Shown: in pieces, positions 11,439 to 23,746 of the stretch
Position numbering within the stretch: position 1 is the stretch's first letter
Layout: every line of letters starts with the position of its first letter
Made by a program: the position numbers and the translations under genes
Notes under the pieces: generated by a model
Told to the model about the DNA's origin: nothing
Database searches by the model: none
What the model saw: the letters and a program-made list of their open reading frames with translations, nothing else
Assembly: GCF_039654945.1 (NCBI RefSeq)
Contig: NW_027361785.1
Span: 14,260,001 to 14,324,000, forward strand
Reading direction: 5' to 3'
DNA length: 64,000 nt
Source of the DNA: Dendrobates tinctorius
Lineage: Eukaryota

Positions 11439-11908
11439 TGTTCTGCCTTCCTCCACGTATGACGCTGTGTGGATTTCAGCATACGGCTAAACCCTTCATC
11501 CTAACATTGTGCTAACTGAATAGAGAATGCATATAACTAGATGCAGAGCAAGAGCACTACAAGGAACTGGAAATGCATTGCAAATATCATGGGGCATGCA
11601 CTATGGCCAGCTAACACAGATGCATAACATATATTGCATAACTGCATTAAAACCACAGGAATCCGCTTGATATAAGCAGTGATCTTGAAGGGAGCTGAGC
11701 ACATGTGAGTACCTCAGAGATCTGTCAGAAATGGCTACATGTTGCTGACCCGGGAAGGATGAAGGGGTGGTTTTGAACAGATTCACCATTAAAGGGAAAG
11801 AGGATTCTAAACACATGAATAGGAAAGAGAAGGGCAACTATGACATATAATGGCCATAGCTGGAACAGCACTTAAGAAATGTCTTGCTGCACGTGAATGG
11901 GCAGAGCA
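11439..11908 (-). mobile_element. Internally deleted solo LTR, same family as 3298-4149
   Basis: Reverse complement aligns to 3298-3640 and 4105-4149; TG..CA ends; TSD decayed. Confidence 0.8.
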
Positions 11909-12783
11909 TTGTCGTTACCAGTGTGAGACACATAATGACTGACAGTCTGCTCTCCTGATCTACATGTCTCACACTGGTAACATCACGTTTCATTTAAAAT
12001 AAACTCTAGAGGCAAATTCTCTAGTAGATCTATGTGCGGCACATAGATCTTAACACCTCCTTTACCTATTAAGAATTACGTGGATTTCTCTGGAATAAGA
12101 TATTTGATCACAGATTTCAAGCTATCATATTTTTCAGTTTTCTATGACCAGCATGTCCTTGTAGACAACATATATACAGCTCTGGCAAAAATTAAGAGAC
12201 CACTGCAAACTTTTCAGTTTGTCTGATTTTTCTCTCTATAGGTATATTTTTGAGTAAAATGTAAATTGCTCTTTTATTCTATAAACTACTGACAACATGT
12301 CTTCAAATTTCCGGCACTAAATTTTGTATTTATTTTCAGAAAATGAAAAATGGCCAAAATAACAAAAAAATGCAGTGCTTGCAGACCTCAAATAATGCTA
12401 ACAAAACAAGTTCATAATAATTTAGAAACAACAGTACTAATGTTTTAACTCAGGAAGAGTTCAGAAATCAATATTTTGTGGAATAACCATGATTTTTAAT
12501 CACAGCTTTCATGCGTCTTGGCATGCTTTCCACCAGTCTTTCACATTGCTTTTGGGTGACCTTATGCCACTCCTGGTACAACAATGTAAGTAGTTCTACT
12601 TTGTTTGATGGCTTGTCACTATCCATCTTCCTCTTGATTACATTCCAGAGGTTTTCAATGGGGTTCAGGGTTTGAGATTGGACTGACCATGACAGGGATT
12701 TGATGTGGTGGTCCTTCATCTACACATTGATTGACCTAGCTGTGTGGCATGGTGCATTGTCCTGCTGGAAAAACCAGTCCTCA

Positions 12784-13140
12784 GGCTGTGTGCCCACGTT
12801 GCATTTTTTTAAGCGCTTCTGCAGCGTTTGTGCAGGCTCAAACGCTGCAGAAACGCTTAAAAGAAGCTTCAAATTAATTTGCATGCGTTTTTTTCTTTTT
12901 GTGCCAATGCATGTGTTTTTAAACGCTCAGGAATCGCTTAGCGGCTAAAAACGCAGCATGCTCTTTAATTTCCGCATTGCTGAGCGTTTTTAGCCTTCCC
13001 CAATGTTCCCAGAAAACGCGCGTCAAAAAACGCATCAAAAACGTGCGTCTTTTGTGCAAAAAAAGTGCAAGAAACGCACATTTTCTGGGAAGGGGATCAG
13101 TTTCCTGAGCGTTTAAAAACGCTAACGTGGGCACATAGCC
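12784..13140. mobile_element. PIF/Harbinger-type MITE
   Basis: 17-bp TIR GGCT(G/A)TGTGCCCACGTT; 3-bp TSD TCA; host Tc1 rejoins on removal. Confidence 0.9.
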
Positions 13141-13856
13141 TCAGAGTTGTAGAACATTGCCTAAGCAGAAGAAATAAACTGTTTCTCCAGGAAAACCTTG
13201 TATGCGGCTTGATTCATACATCCTTCTCAAAGATTAACCTGCCCAATTCCAGCCTTGCTGAAGCATCCCCAGATCATCACCGATCCTCCACCAAATTTCA
13301 CAGTGGGTGCTAGACACTGTGGCTTGTATGCCTCTCCAGGTCTCTGTCTACCCATTAGATGACCAGGTGTTGGGCAAAGCTGAAAATTAGACTCATCAAT
13401 GATTACCTTACTCCAGTCCCCTATGGTCCAATCCTTATGGTCTTTGGCAAACTTCAGCCTGGCTCTCCTTTGCTTCTCATTGATGAAAGGCTTTTTTCTA
13501 GCTTTACATGACTTGAGCCCTGCCTCTAGGAGACTGCTATGAACTGTTCTTGTCCTGCACTTCACCCCAGCTGCCATTTGCCATTCCTTTTGTAGATCAC
13601 TTGATGTCATCCTGCGGTTACTGAGTGACATTCGAATAAGATGACGGTCATCCCGGTCAGTGGAGAGTCGTTTTCACCTTCTGCCGGTCTGTAGCTTTGT
13701 TGTCCCCAATGTCTGTTGCTTGATCCTGTTATAATGGACTGCCGTCTTAGAGATTTTAAGGATGGAGGCAGCATGACGCTCACTGTATCCCTCTGCTAGT
13801 AAAGCCAGAATTGAGCTCTTTTCCTCACTCAAGACTTTTCTTTTCAACTCCTTTGG

Positions 13857-15275
13857 GGCCTTTACTTTCAGTGCAGCAAACTCACTCCAGAAGTTCATTT
13901 TGGATCTTTGAATGATCCAGTGTTGTCCTAAATGACTAATGATGATAAATATAATCCACCTGTGTGTAATCAAGTCTCCGTATAAATGCACCTGCTCTGT
14001 GATAGTCTGAGGGTACTGTTTGAAGCACAGAGAGCATCATGAAGACCAAGGAACACAACAGGCAGGACTGGGATACTGTTGTGGAGAAGTTTAAAGCTGG
14101 ATTTGGATACAAAATGATTTCCAAAACTTTAAACATCCCAAGGAGCACTGTGCAAGCGATCATATTGAAATGGAAGGAGTATCATACCACTGAAAATCTA
14201 CCAAGACCCGGCCGTCCCTCTAAAATTTCATCTCAAACAAGGAGAAGACTGATCAGAGAAGCAGCCAAGAGGTCCATGATCACTCTGGATGAACTGCAGA
14301 GACCTACAGCTGAGATGGGACAGTCTGTCCATAGGACAACAATCAGTCGTACACTGCACAAATCTGGCCTTTATGGAAGAGGGGCAAGAAGAAAGCCATT
14401 TCTCAAAGATATCCATAAAAAGTGTTGTTTAAAGTTTGCAACAAGCCACCTGGGAGACACAACAAACGTGGAAGAAGGTGCTCTGGTCAGATGAAACCAA
14501 AATCGAACTTTTTGGCAACAATGCCAAACGATATGTTTGGCATAAAGGCAACACAGCTCATCACCCTGAATACACCATCCTCATTGTCAAACATGGTGGT
14601 GGCAGCATCATGGTTTGGGCCTGCTTTTCTTCAGCAGGGACAGGGAAGATGGTTAAAATTGATGGGAAGATGGATGGAGCCAAATACAAGACTATTTTTG
14701 AAGACAACCTGTTGGAGTCTGCAAAAGACCCGAGACTGGGATGGAGATTTGTCTTCCAACAAGACAATCATCCCAAACATAAAGCAAAATCTACAATGGA
14801 ATGGTTCACAAATAAACGTATCCAGGTGTTAGAATGGCCAAGTCAAAGTCCAGACCTGAATCCAATCGAGAATCTGTGGAAAGAGCTGAAAACTGCTGTT
14901 CACAAACGATCTCCATCAAACCTCACTGAGCTCGAGCTGTTTGCCAAGGAAGAATGGGCAAGAATTTCAGTCTCTCGATGTACAAAACTGATAGAGACAT
15001 ACCCCAAGCGACTTGCAGCTGTACTCACAGCAAAAGGTGGCGCAACAAAGTATTTAAGTAAAGGGGCTGAATAATATTGCACGCCCCACTTTTCAGTTTT
15101 TGTATTTCCACAAAAATTTAAAATAACCAATAAATTTCGTTCAACTTCATAATTGTGTCCCACTTGTTGTTGATTCTTCACCAAAAATTTACATTTGGTA
15201 TCTTTATGTTTGAAGCATGATATGTGGGAAAAGGTTGAAAAGTTCCAGGGGGCTGAATACTTTTGCAAGGCACTG
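13857..15275 (+). mobile_element. Passport-like Tc1 (DD34E), left IR deleted; transposase 14039-15074 with a frameshift
   Basis: MKTKEH..., WSDETKIELFG, QQDNHPKH-34-E; right ~210-bp IR ends GCAAGGCACTG|TA. Confidence 0.9.
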
Positions 15276-15934
15276 TAGAATGAGGTGTACTCTGGTTGGA
15301 ATTCAACTGACACTGGAATGGAATGGCTGTCAGACATGTACAGAAGCTGATTTTTATAAAACTGTGCAGTGATCTCTTAATTTTTGCCAGAGCTGTATAT
15401 TTAAAAATATGGGTGAATTAACTGTTAAGTATTAATATACATATAACACATACCATTAAACAGATAATAATATATGTAAAGTGCTGCAGAATATATAAGA
15501 AAAGAATAATAAATAAATAATGACCCATACTCAGGCTATGGTCAGATGATGGTACACTCTCTCATGCGAGAGAATCGGATCTTTTTATGGGAATGAGACT
15601 TCTACCAAACTCTGATCTGAGTTTGATCAGAGTGTCAGCTTAGTGTGATGTGATATGATTCTCTCAAATGACATAATTGTAGTACACTGAGGAGAAGATA
15701 GAGATCGAAATGTATCCAACTTTTCAATTGTGTGAATCCTCAGAAATCAGACAGCACTCAGATGTCATCCAAATGCAGTCTGATGTTTTCCATGCACCCA
15801 TAGACTTGAATGGGTGAGTGTCATTTGTTTCCAGAGTGCAGTTTGTTTTCACTGACAGATTCGGTCAGTGTGAAAAACAGTCATCAGTACTGTCCCTTTA
15901 AATAACAATAATCCAAGTGCTATCTGATAAAATA

Positions 15935-17155
15935 CACTCACTGGCCACTTTATTAGGTACACCATGCTAGTAACGGGTTGGACCCCCTTTTGCCTTCAGA
16001 ACTGCCTCAATTCTTCGTGGCAGAGATTCAACAAGGTGCTGGAAGCATTCCTCAGAGATTTTGGACCATATTGACATGATGGCATCACACAGTTGGCGCA
16101 GATTTGTCGGCTGCACATCCCTGATGCGAATCTCCCGTTCCACCACATCCCAAAGATGCTCTATTGGATTGAGATCTGGTGACTGAGGAGGCCATTTGAG
16201 TACAGTGAACTCATTGTCATGTTCAAGAAACCAATCTGAGATGATTCGAGCTTTATGACATGGCGCATTATCCTGCTGAAAGTAGCCATCAGATGTTGGG
16301 TACATTGTGGTCATAAAGGGATGGACATGGTCAGCAACAATACTCAGGTAGGCTGTGGCGTTGCAACGATGCTCAATTGGTACCAAGGGGCCCAAAGAGT
16401 GCCCAGAAAAAATTCCCCACACCATGACACCACCACCACCAGCCTGAACCGTTGATACAAGGCAGGATGGATCCATGCTTTCATGTTGTTTACGCCAAAT
16501 TCTGACCCTACCATCCGAATGTCGCAGCAGAAATCGAGACTCATCAGACCAGGCAACGTTTTTCCAATCTTCTACTGTCCAATTTCGATGAGCTTGTGCA
16601 AATTGTAGCCTCAGTTTCCTGTTCTTAGCTGAGAGGAGTGGTACCCAGTGTGGTCTTCTGCTGCTGTAGCCCATCTGCCTCAAAGTTCGACGCACTGTGC
16701 GTTCAGAGATGCTCTTCTGCCTACCTTGGTTGTAACGGGTGGCAATTTGAGTCACTGTTGCCTTTCTATCAGCTCGAACCAGTATGCCCATTCTCCTCTG
16801 ACCTCTGGCATCAACATGGCATTTCCGGCCACAGAACTGCCGCTCACTGGATTTTTTTTCTTTTTCGGACCATTCTCTGTAAACCCTAGAGATGGTTGTG
16901 CGTGAAAATCCCAGTAGATCAGCAGTTTCTGAAATTCTCAGACCAGCCCTTCTGGCACCAACAATCATGCCACGTTCAAAGGCACTCAAATCACCTTTCT
17001 TCCCCATACTGATGCTCGGTTTGAACTGCAGGAGATTGTCTTGACCATGTCTACATGCCTAAATGCACTGAGTTGCCGCCATGTGATTGGCAGATTAGAA
17101 ATTAAGTCTTAACACACAGTTGGACAGATGTACCTAATAAAGTGGCCAGTGAGTG
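15935..17155 (-). mobile_element. Full-length DD36E (Incomer) Tc1/mariner transposon
   Basis: TA-flanked ~27-bp TIRs CACTCACTGGCCACTTTATTAGGTACA; 1221 bp; single intact ORF. Confidence 0.93.
15967..17007 (-). CDS. Intact 346-aa DD36E transposase
   Basis: ATG to TAG open; HTH N-terminus, [15 protein letters not shown] and DLNPIEHLW with 36 residues between the second D and E. Confidence 0.93.
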   Translation of the reverse strand: MGKKGDLSAFERGMIVGARRAGLRISETADLLGFSRTTISRVYREWSEKEKKSSERQFCGRKCHVDARGQRRMGILVRADRKATVTQIATRYNQGRQKSISERTVRRTLRQMGYSSRRPHWVPLLSAKNRKLRLQFAQAHRNWTVEDWKNVAWSDESRFLLRHSDGRVRIWRKQHESMDPSCLVSTVQAGGGGVMVWGIFSGHSLGPLVPIEHRCNATAYLSIVADHVHPFMTTMYPTSDGYFQQDNAPCHKARIISDWFLEHDNEFTVLKWPPQSPDLNPIEHLWDVVEREIRIRDVQPTNLRQLCDAIMSIWSKISEECFQHLVESLPRRIEAVLKAKGGPTRY

Positions 17156-17689
17156 TATATTATAGCACTCATCTGATATATAAAGTGGTGTGAGTAAGCC
17201 CTTAGGATAAATCAATGAGTAGTCAATACCAGATCGGTGGGGTTGACACCCAGCACTTCCACTGATCATAGGTGCAGCAAGCAATGATGTGCACAGTGTT
17301 CAGCGAGTTCACAATGATTCCAAACCTCAAATCCTCAACAATTTACTGTACAATACAAGTAAATGGGTCTTAGAAAATCCAAGTCGTACGTTGTGGACTA
17401 AAATCCCCCCCAAAAATGAATGCATGGTCTGAATTTCAAATCTGAAGCATGCTCATTATGCAGATTTTTATTGCACTTTTCCATAGAGGAAATTTTCCAT
17501 AATGTGCAGCAAACATAGCCTTAAAGACCAGAACATGGCTCCATGCTCCATCTAGTGTTTTTTTTTGGGTACTGCAGCTGTAAACTTTTGAAAGTAAGGA
17601 GAGGTTGCAGTATCCGAGAACATGCACTACACCCTGTATGGAGCTGAATCATTGCGGCTCTGTGCATTGTGTACATCCAGCCACAGTGG

Positions 17690-20148
17690 GAACGACAAAG
17701 AGCGGAAAAATTTTCAAACTTGTATGTCCTTAAATCAGAGAGTCATGTCACACAAAATAGTTACTAAATTACATTTCCCACATGTTTACTTTACATCAGC
17801 ACAATTTTTGAAACATATTTCTTTTTTAGGAAGTTAGAAGGGTTAAAAGTTGACCAGCGATTTCTCATTTTTACAACACCCTTTTTTTACGGACCACATC
17901 ACAGTTGAAGTGACTTTGAGGGGCCGATATGACAGAAGATACCCAAAAGTGCCACCACTCTAAAAACTGCACCCCTCAAGGTACTCACAACCACATTCAA
18001 GAAGTTTATTAACCCTTCAGGTGCTTCCTAGAAACTAATGGAAGGAAGAAATAAACATTTATCTCTTTTTCACAAAATTTTTTTCTTTAGACCCAATTCT
18101 TTTTTTTTACTTTCCAAGGGTAAAAAGAGAAAATGGACAATATAATTTGTTGTACAATTTCTCCTGAGTACACCAATCCCCCATATATGGGGGAAAACCA
18201 CTGTTTGGCCTCACAGCAGGGCTAAGGAGCGCCGTTTGACTTTTTGAATGTAAAATTTACTGGAATAATTAGCGAGCGCCATGTTGCGTTTGGAGAGCCC
18301 CTGATGTGCCTAAACAGTGGAAACTCCCACAAGTGACCCCATTTTGGAAACTAGACCAACTCAGGGAACTTATCTAGATGTGTATTGAGCACCTTGAACC
18401 CTCAGGTGCTTCATAAATTTTTTAACGACTTTGAGCCGTGAAAATGAAAAAAAAAACAAATTTTTCCCACCAAAAATGTTTTTTAGCCCTAAATTTTGCA
18501 TTTTCACAAGCGCAAGAGAAGAAATTACACAATACAATTTGTTGTTCAATTTCTCCTGAGTACATCGATACCCCAAATGTGGTAGAAAACTACAGGGTGG
18601 GCCATGTAAATGGATACACCTAAACAAAATTAGAATGGTTGGTAATATCAACTTCCTGTTTGTGGCACATTAGTATATGGGAGGAGGGAAACTTTTCAAG
18701 ATGGGTGGTGACCATGGTGGCCATTTTAAAGTCAGCCATTTTGGATCCAACATTATTTTTTCCAATGGGAAGAGGGTCATGTGACACATCAAACTTACTG
18801 AGAATTTCACAAGAAAAACAATGATGTGCTTGGTTTTAACGTAACTTTATTCTTTCATGAGTTATGTACAAGTTTCTCTTTGTTTACAGCCATTGACATG
18901 TTGCAGAGGTAAACCCGTGAGGAGCGGATAGAAATTGTGTTGGTGAACGTAGTATCTGGGTCATTGCAGCAGATTTCAATGCAAGAGATCCTACGCAAGA
19001 AAACTGTCACCGTTCCCATTTTATTTACATGTATCCATAAAAATGGCTCACCCAAAAAAGTGTGCCTCATCACTGAACCTAATGTTCTGTGTTATCTGTT
19101 TTATCTGAGGGTCCTGTTCCAATTTTTGTTTTGCCCATTCTGCAAATTCGGCACGTCGATCTGGCATCAGTTGAACATCCCTCACAAATGGCACCCTTAC
19201 AAAATCCAGCTGCTGCAGAATCTCAACGAGGATGGCCCAGATCGGCGCGATGATTTTACGCAATAAAAACTATTTAATTGAAAAAATAGTTATTTTTGCA
19301 TTACTTTATTCTGAAAGCTATAACTTTTTTATTTTTCTGCTGACAGAGCTGTATGGTGGCTTGTTTTTTGCGGGACAAGATGAAGTTTTCAGCGGTACAA
19401 TTTTTATTTACATTTGTCTTTTTGCTTGCATTTTATTCCACTTTTTGCTCAGCTTCATGATGATAAAGCATAGTTTTTGTCTCTTTTTTTTCTGTATTCA
19501 CTGAAGGGGTTAATTAGTGTAACATTTTTATAGGTCGGGTCATTCCGGACATGGCAATACCAAATACGTGTATTGGATTCATATTTTTTTAAAATTTTGT
19601 ACTGTATTTGGGGATTTTAAAAAAAAAAATACTTTTACAAATTTTCATTACTTTTTTTTTACTTTTTTTGCATTGTCCCACTATGGGACATCATCCTTAC
19701 ACTGACAGATTGCTGAACTGATATGCTGCAATGCTTCTACACTGCAGGGCATCAGAGCAGGCAGGGAGGAGGCATTTCAGCTCCTGCTCTAAGCAGGCGC
19801 TCACAGGCCACCTTCCCTGCAGGACCCTCCCTCAAGGACCCCATGGCCATCTTGCGGCTGGTGGTCATCGTGGAAACCATCGGCACAACGCAATCGCATC
19901 TTGCTGTACTGATGGGAGCAGACAGGGATCTCCCTCCCTCTGCAATGCTCCTCAATGTCACTGTCACTATTGACAGCGGCATCAGAAGGGTTAAATCGTG
20001 GGCTTTGCTGCAGCATGTCCGGTCTCACTTAGAGCTGACACCTGTACCTGATCGTGGCGGCACTCCGCATGAGCCCGAGCGATGGCGGCACTGTATATAT
20101 ACTTTTTCTTTGTGGGAGCGCATCTATACGGTGCATGTCGGGATGGGG
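17690..20148 (-). mobile_element. Partial piggyBac-type non-autonomous element (copy 1)
   Basis: Ends ...GTCGGGATGGGG|TTAA; 17690-18590 is inverted-homologous to 26740-27700. Confidence 0.65.
18593..19249 (+). mobile_element. Rearranged fragment of a DD41D/Visitor-type mariner (DUF4817-like HTH)
   Basis: TA|CAGGGTGGGCCA end; REERIEIVL..VIAADFNAR; HKWHPYKIQLLQNLNEDGPDRR on +; PDRRAEFAEWAKQKLEQDP..FSDEA on - (19010-19165). Family from recalled protein similarity; the triad itself is absent. Confidence 0.7.
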
Positions 20149-20289
20149 TTAAACTAAATGTTCGGTCCCTATACAATAATAAAGCGTATACTCACTTCCC
20201 GTGGCAGCTCCGTTCCAGCGGTGTCGGCACTCGCGGTCTCGGGGCTGTGATGCGATGGAATGACGTGTGATACCTTAGAGAAATCTAAA

Positions 20290-20776
20290 TCACTATTTAG
20301 TGTGACCACCATTTTGCCTTCTAAAGCTGGGGTCAGACTTGCGAGAAACTCGGACGAGTCTCGCACGTCAATACCCGGCACTGTCGCCGGCACCCGGATT
20401 GGAGCATGTATTTCTCTGCTGCATGCGCTCTCTGGTCCCGAGTGCCGGTGGCAGTGCCGGGTATTGACGTGCGAGACTCGTCCGAGTTTCTCACAAGTCT
20501 GACCCCGGCCTAAACAGCATTAAGGCATCAATTCTTCTAGGTACACTTGCACACAATCTCTGCAGAAACTTGGCAGGGATGTGGTTCCAAAAATCTCGAG
20601 AACTGACCACAGATGTAGGATGTAGGCTTGTGCAAATCCTTCTGTCTCTTCACATAATCCCAGACAGACTCAATCATGTTCAAATCAGGAATCTGGGGCA
20701 ACATGTCCTCACTTCCAGGACTTCTTGTTCTTCTTTACATAGAAGATAGTTCTTAATGTCATTGGCTGTATATTTG
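20290..20776 (-). mobile_element. Tc1 transposase C-terminal remnant, probably DD38E (Intruder-like)
   Basis: KYTANDIKNYLLCKEEQEVLEV...PDLNMIESVWDY...GGHTK; four-residue-longer D-E spacer inferred. Confidence 0.55.
20325..20510. mobile_element. Palindromic Harbinger-type MITE (186 bp)
   Basis: TAA TSD; ~70-bp near-perfect inverted arms. Confidence 0.9.
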
Positions 20777-21335
20777 CGGCATTCTGAACGGTTTCTGCAT
20801 CTCTTGGCAGAAAATGCAGTGGAAAATCCGCACGTTTTTGATGCGTTTTTGTTGTGGGTTTTTTGTATGGATTTTCATGCCTTTTTATAAATCCATAGTG
20901 CTAAATAAAGATATATTATTAAAAAAAAAGATTTGTGATGTCATTTCCTTGTTCAACATCTTCTTTTTCATTCTCTCCGTTGAAGACCATAATATCATTA
21001 CATACCATGTTCAAATATAATGTTTACACATACAAAACAAATATGTGAATATACAGTATATATAATGTAATACCAAGCCCGAGGTTTGATAATGAACAGG
21101 TGTCAGCCAGATACCCTCATTAATAAAACGGTACAGTACATAAAGAGTTAAATAAAGACACACACATCCACCCATCAGCCTATGTAGGAGCATTCAAATG
21201 ACAAAAAATTGACAGGCACATCCAGACTAGTGTGAATAGGTGCATACCAGGAGGAGCTACCTCCATATACAATATACAAAAAAGGTTGCGCTCTATCATG
21301 CTAAAGCATGTCAATGAGATTTTGAATATTAGGAC

Positions 21336-22068
21336 CAGGGGCGTAAGTACCGCGGTCACAGAGGTCGCAGCTGCGACGGGACCCGGAGCACTTAGGGGCC
21401 CAGTCGCGAGTTTGCACTTTGAAGGTGAGCTGTGTAGTGGGCGAGTCAGGGGAGTAGCAGCCTCTGAGAGCTGCAGCCGCTCATTGGCTGTGCAGCTCCG
21501 TGCTTTGACTGGCCGCCAGGCTGCAATTAGCCTGACGCGATGGCTGTTCTGTGCACACAGGATCTGTGATGAGGTCACAGGAGGGGAGGAGTCAGGGGTC
21601 ACATGATCAGGAGCCTCCGTGTATGCAGGACTCTGCTGTGCTGGTTGTCATGGTGCTGGATGAGGGTAAGTTTATGTGTGGGGTCAGGAGGGGTTTACAG
21701 TGTGGATGTAGCAAAGCCATGTGTGCACAAGGTTTACGGAGCAGAGCCACGTGTGTATGAAGTGTATGGAGCAGAGCCGTGTGTGTACGAGGTGTACGGA
21801 GCAGAGCCGCATGTGTACGAAGTGTATGGAGCGCAGCTGTGTGTGTATGAGGTGAGTGGTGTTGTGTGTGCACGAGGTGAGCGGAGCCGTGTGTGTACGA
21901 AGCAGAGCCGCGTGTGTATAAGGTGTAAGGAGAAGAGCCACACGTGTACGAGGTGTACGGAGCGGAGCCGCATGTGTACGAGGTGTACGGAGCGGAGCCG
22001 CGCGTTTACGAGGTGTACAGAGCAGAGCCGCGCGTGTACGAGGTGTACAGAGCGGAGATATGCGTGTA
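21336..22068 (+). mobile_element. hAT-type non-autonomous fragment carrying a minisatellite
   Basis: CAGGGGCGTAA-type left end; right end missing. Confidence 0.5.
21716..22068 (+). repeat. 30-bp minisatellite (aggtgtacggagcggagccgcgtgtgtacg)
   Basis: ~11 tandem units. Confidence 0.9.
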
Positions 22069-22074
22069 TTTTAG

Positions 22075-23435
22075 CATGGGGGGCCCCCTTCTTCTCCAGT
22101 GGGGGCAGCAGAGGTGCTGCCAGGGAGTAGGGGCAAGTCTCTACCCTCACCACATGCTAACCCTGGGTGTCGGAGTCCTCTTATGAGGAGGGGTCAGAGG
22201 AGGGTGGTGACTCCTTCTGAGCATTGTGGGGGTGTGACGACACAGGGGGACACCTCTGTTGTTGGTGCTGTGAAGAGTTCACCATCTTGTGGCAAACGTG
22301 CGTGGCAATAAACGTTCAGGTCCGGACCTGTGTGTGAATGAGTACATATGGCTGTCCACCAAAAACATCAGGTGGAGATGTGCTGCTTGGGTCTGGAGTT
22401 CTCGGGTGATCGGGCTGTATCGAGTGTCAGCCATCCTCGGCCCAGGGACTTACCAGCTGGAGCTACCCCCAATAATGCCCATAGACAACTCATTCCCCAG
22501 GTCGGTGCTCTGGAGATTTGTGGTGCCTCCGGAGCATACATTGCCACTTCCATCTGCCCACGTTTACCATAAACCTGCGAGTCAGGTGGTTGCTGATGTG
22601 AACTCTGGTGGATCTAGGCGTCCTCACTGTAGGTGGTTTTCCGGTGAGGTGCGGTGCTGAGGGTCCAGAGGCCCCTCATTGACAGGGGTACTGTCACGGT
22701 CCTTTTTTGGATCTGTGTCAGAGTCTGGATTCTCTTTTATAAACCTTTTTCCTTTCTGGCCCTCGGGGGTTAATATGGGTTTTTGCTCCCCGGTGCCTAC
22801 TGGTGTTACTACAAGTTTAGTGAGTCTGCTGCTGGGTTTCCCCTCGGCGGCCGCTGGTGTTACTACAACTGTAGTTGGTCTGCTATAATGGGTTTTTCCC
22901 CGCCGTGGCTGCAAGGTGTTACTGTATGGTGATTAATTATCTATGCAGGTGGGTGCCACTCCCTCGTCCCTTTATAAGCCCACCTGGTGCTGCAGATCAC
23001 TATTGGTAATACTGGTCATTTGCTAACCAACCTTGGTGAAGACTGGACCTACCTGGTGCAGAGGGGGTCCAGCTTATCTGGAGAAGCGGAGATGCTGCTG
23101 AATGCTGATTGGGTGCATTACTCTGCTGCTTGGAGCATTGGCAGCAGATAAAGCTAAGTTTTGGCTTTAGTTGCTTTAACTCCATGGTGTCTGTTTTATC
23201 TTTTCCTTTCTTGTTATTGGTGCAGTTCACTTTATTCCCTGTCTCACCTCCTGGGGAGGGGGTTGGGGGTTTAGTTCAGGGCTAAACAGGAGACAGGGAC
23301 AGGTTGTGGACTTGGGCCTCACTACCATCAAGTGTACTCCCAAGTTAACGAATGTCAGGGCACCTCCTTAGCCTGAGGGGCAGTCCAGGGGCCCTGGTTC
23401 CACGTCTCCTGTTTTCCCCCTACTGCCCCGTGACA
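22075..23435 (+). mobile_element. 3' part of a Gypsy LTR element: diverged integrase GPY/F region, PPT and LTR 22692-23435
   Basis: IWLSTKNI..VIGLYRV..TYQLELP (22289-22660); GACAGGGGTAC|TGTCACGG...CCGTGACA. Confidence 0.8.
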
Positions 23436-23746
23436 GATATGACCTGGTAAGGATCGCTGGTGCATCGCTACATGGTCGCTACATGGCCATCAAACAGGCA
23501 GATTTACCCAACGATGCAGCAATGATCCAGCGATCTGTATAACGACCTCGGCGGTCGTTGGGGCCTTGTCACACAGCAGCGATTCTGACGATTCCCGCCT
23601 GCATCCCTGAGTTCTGCGTCGCTAACGAGGTCGCTCGTCGGTGTCAAACACAGCGATGCGCGCTGGCCAGTGGGACACCAGTGATCAAAAAATGGCCCAG
23701 GACATTCCAGCATGATCAGCGACATCGCAGCGGGGGCCTGGTCACC

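Larger units (their letters stand above)
10762..12160. mobile_element. Kolobok/T2-type foldback MITE, twice interrupted
   Basis: TTAA|AGGGAATC left end; left arm (10762-10930, 11397-11438) is inverted relative to 11990-12160; palindromic centre at 11914-11981. Confidence 0.6.
12177..15395 (-). mobile_element. Tc1 (DD34E) transposon, decayed, interrupted by a MITE and a second Tc1
   Basis: TA|CAGCTCTGGCAAAAATTAAGAGA TIRs at both ends; transposase pieces at 13674-13856, 13227-13631 and 12468-12780 (QQDNAPCH...LNPIENLW...STKY). Confidence 0.92.

Noticed and set aside
11713-11806. Conventional host coding exon
   Set aside because: Lies inside a solo LTR homologous to 3298-4149, itself within a MITE; kept only as an exonisation hypothesis.
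13674-13991. 105-aa ORF as a novel fusion gene
   Set aside because: Chance product of a deletion between two Tc1 copies.
21603-22186. His/Cys-rich repetitive ORFs
   Set aside because: Minisatellite translations.
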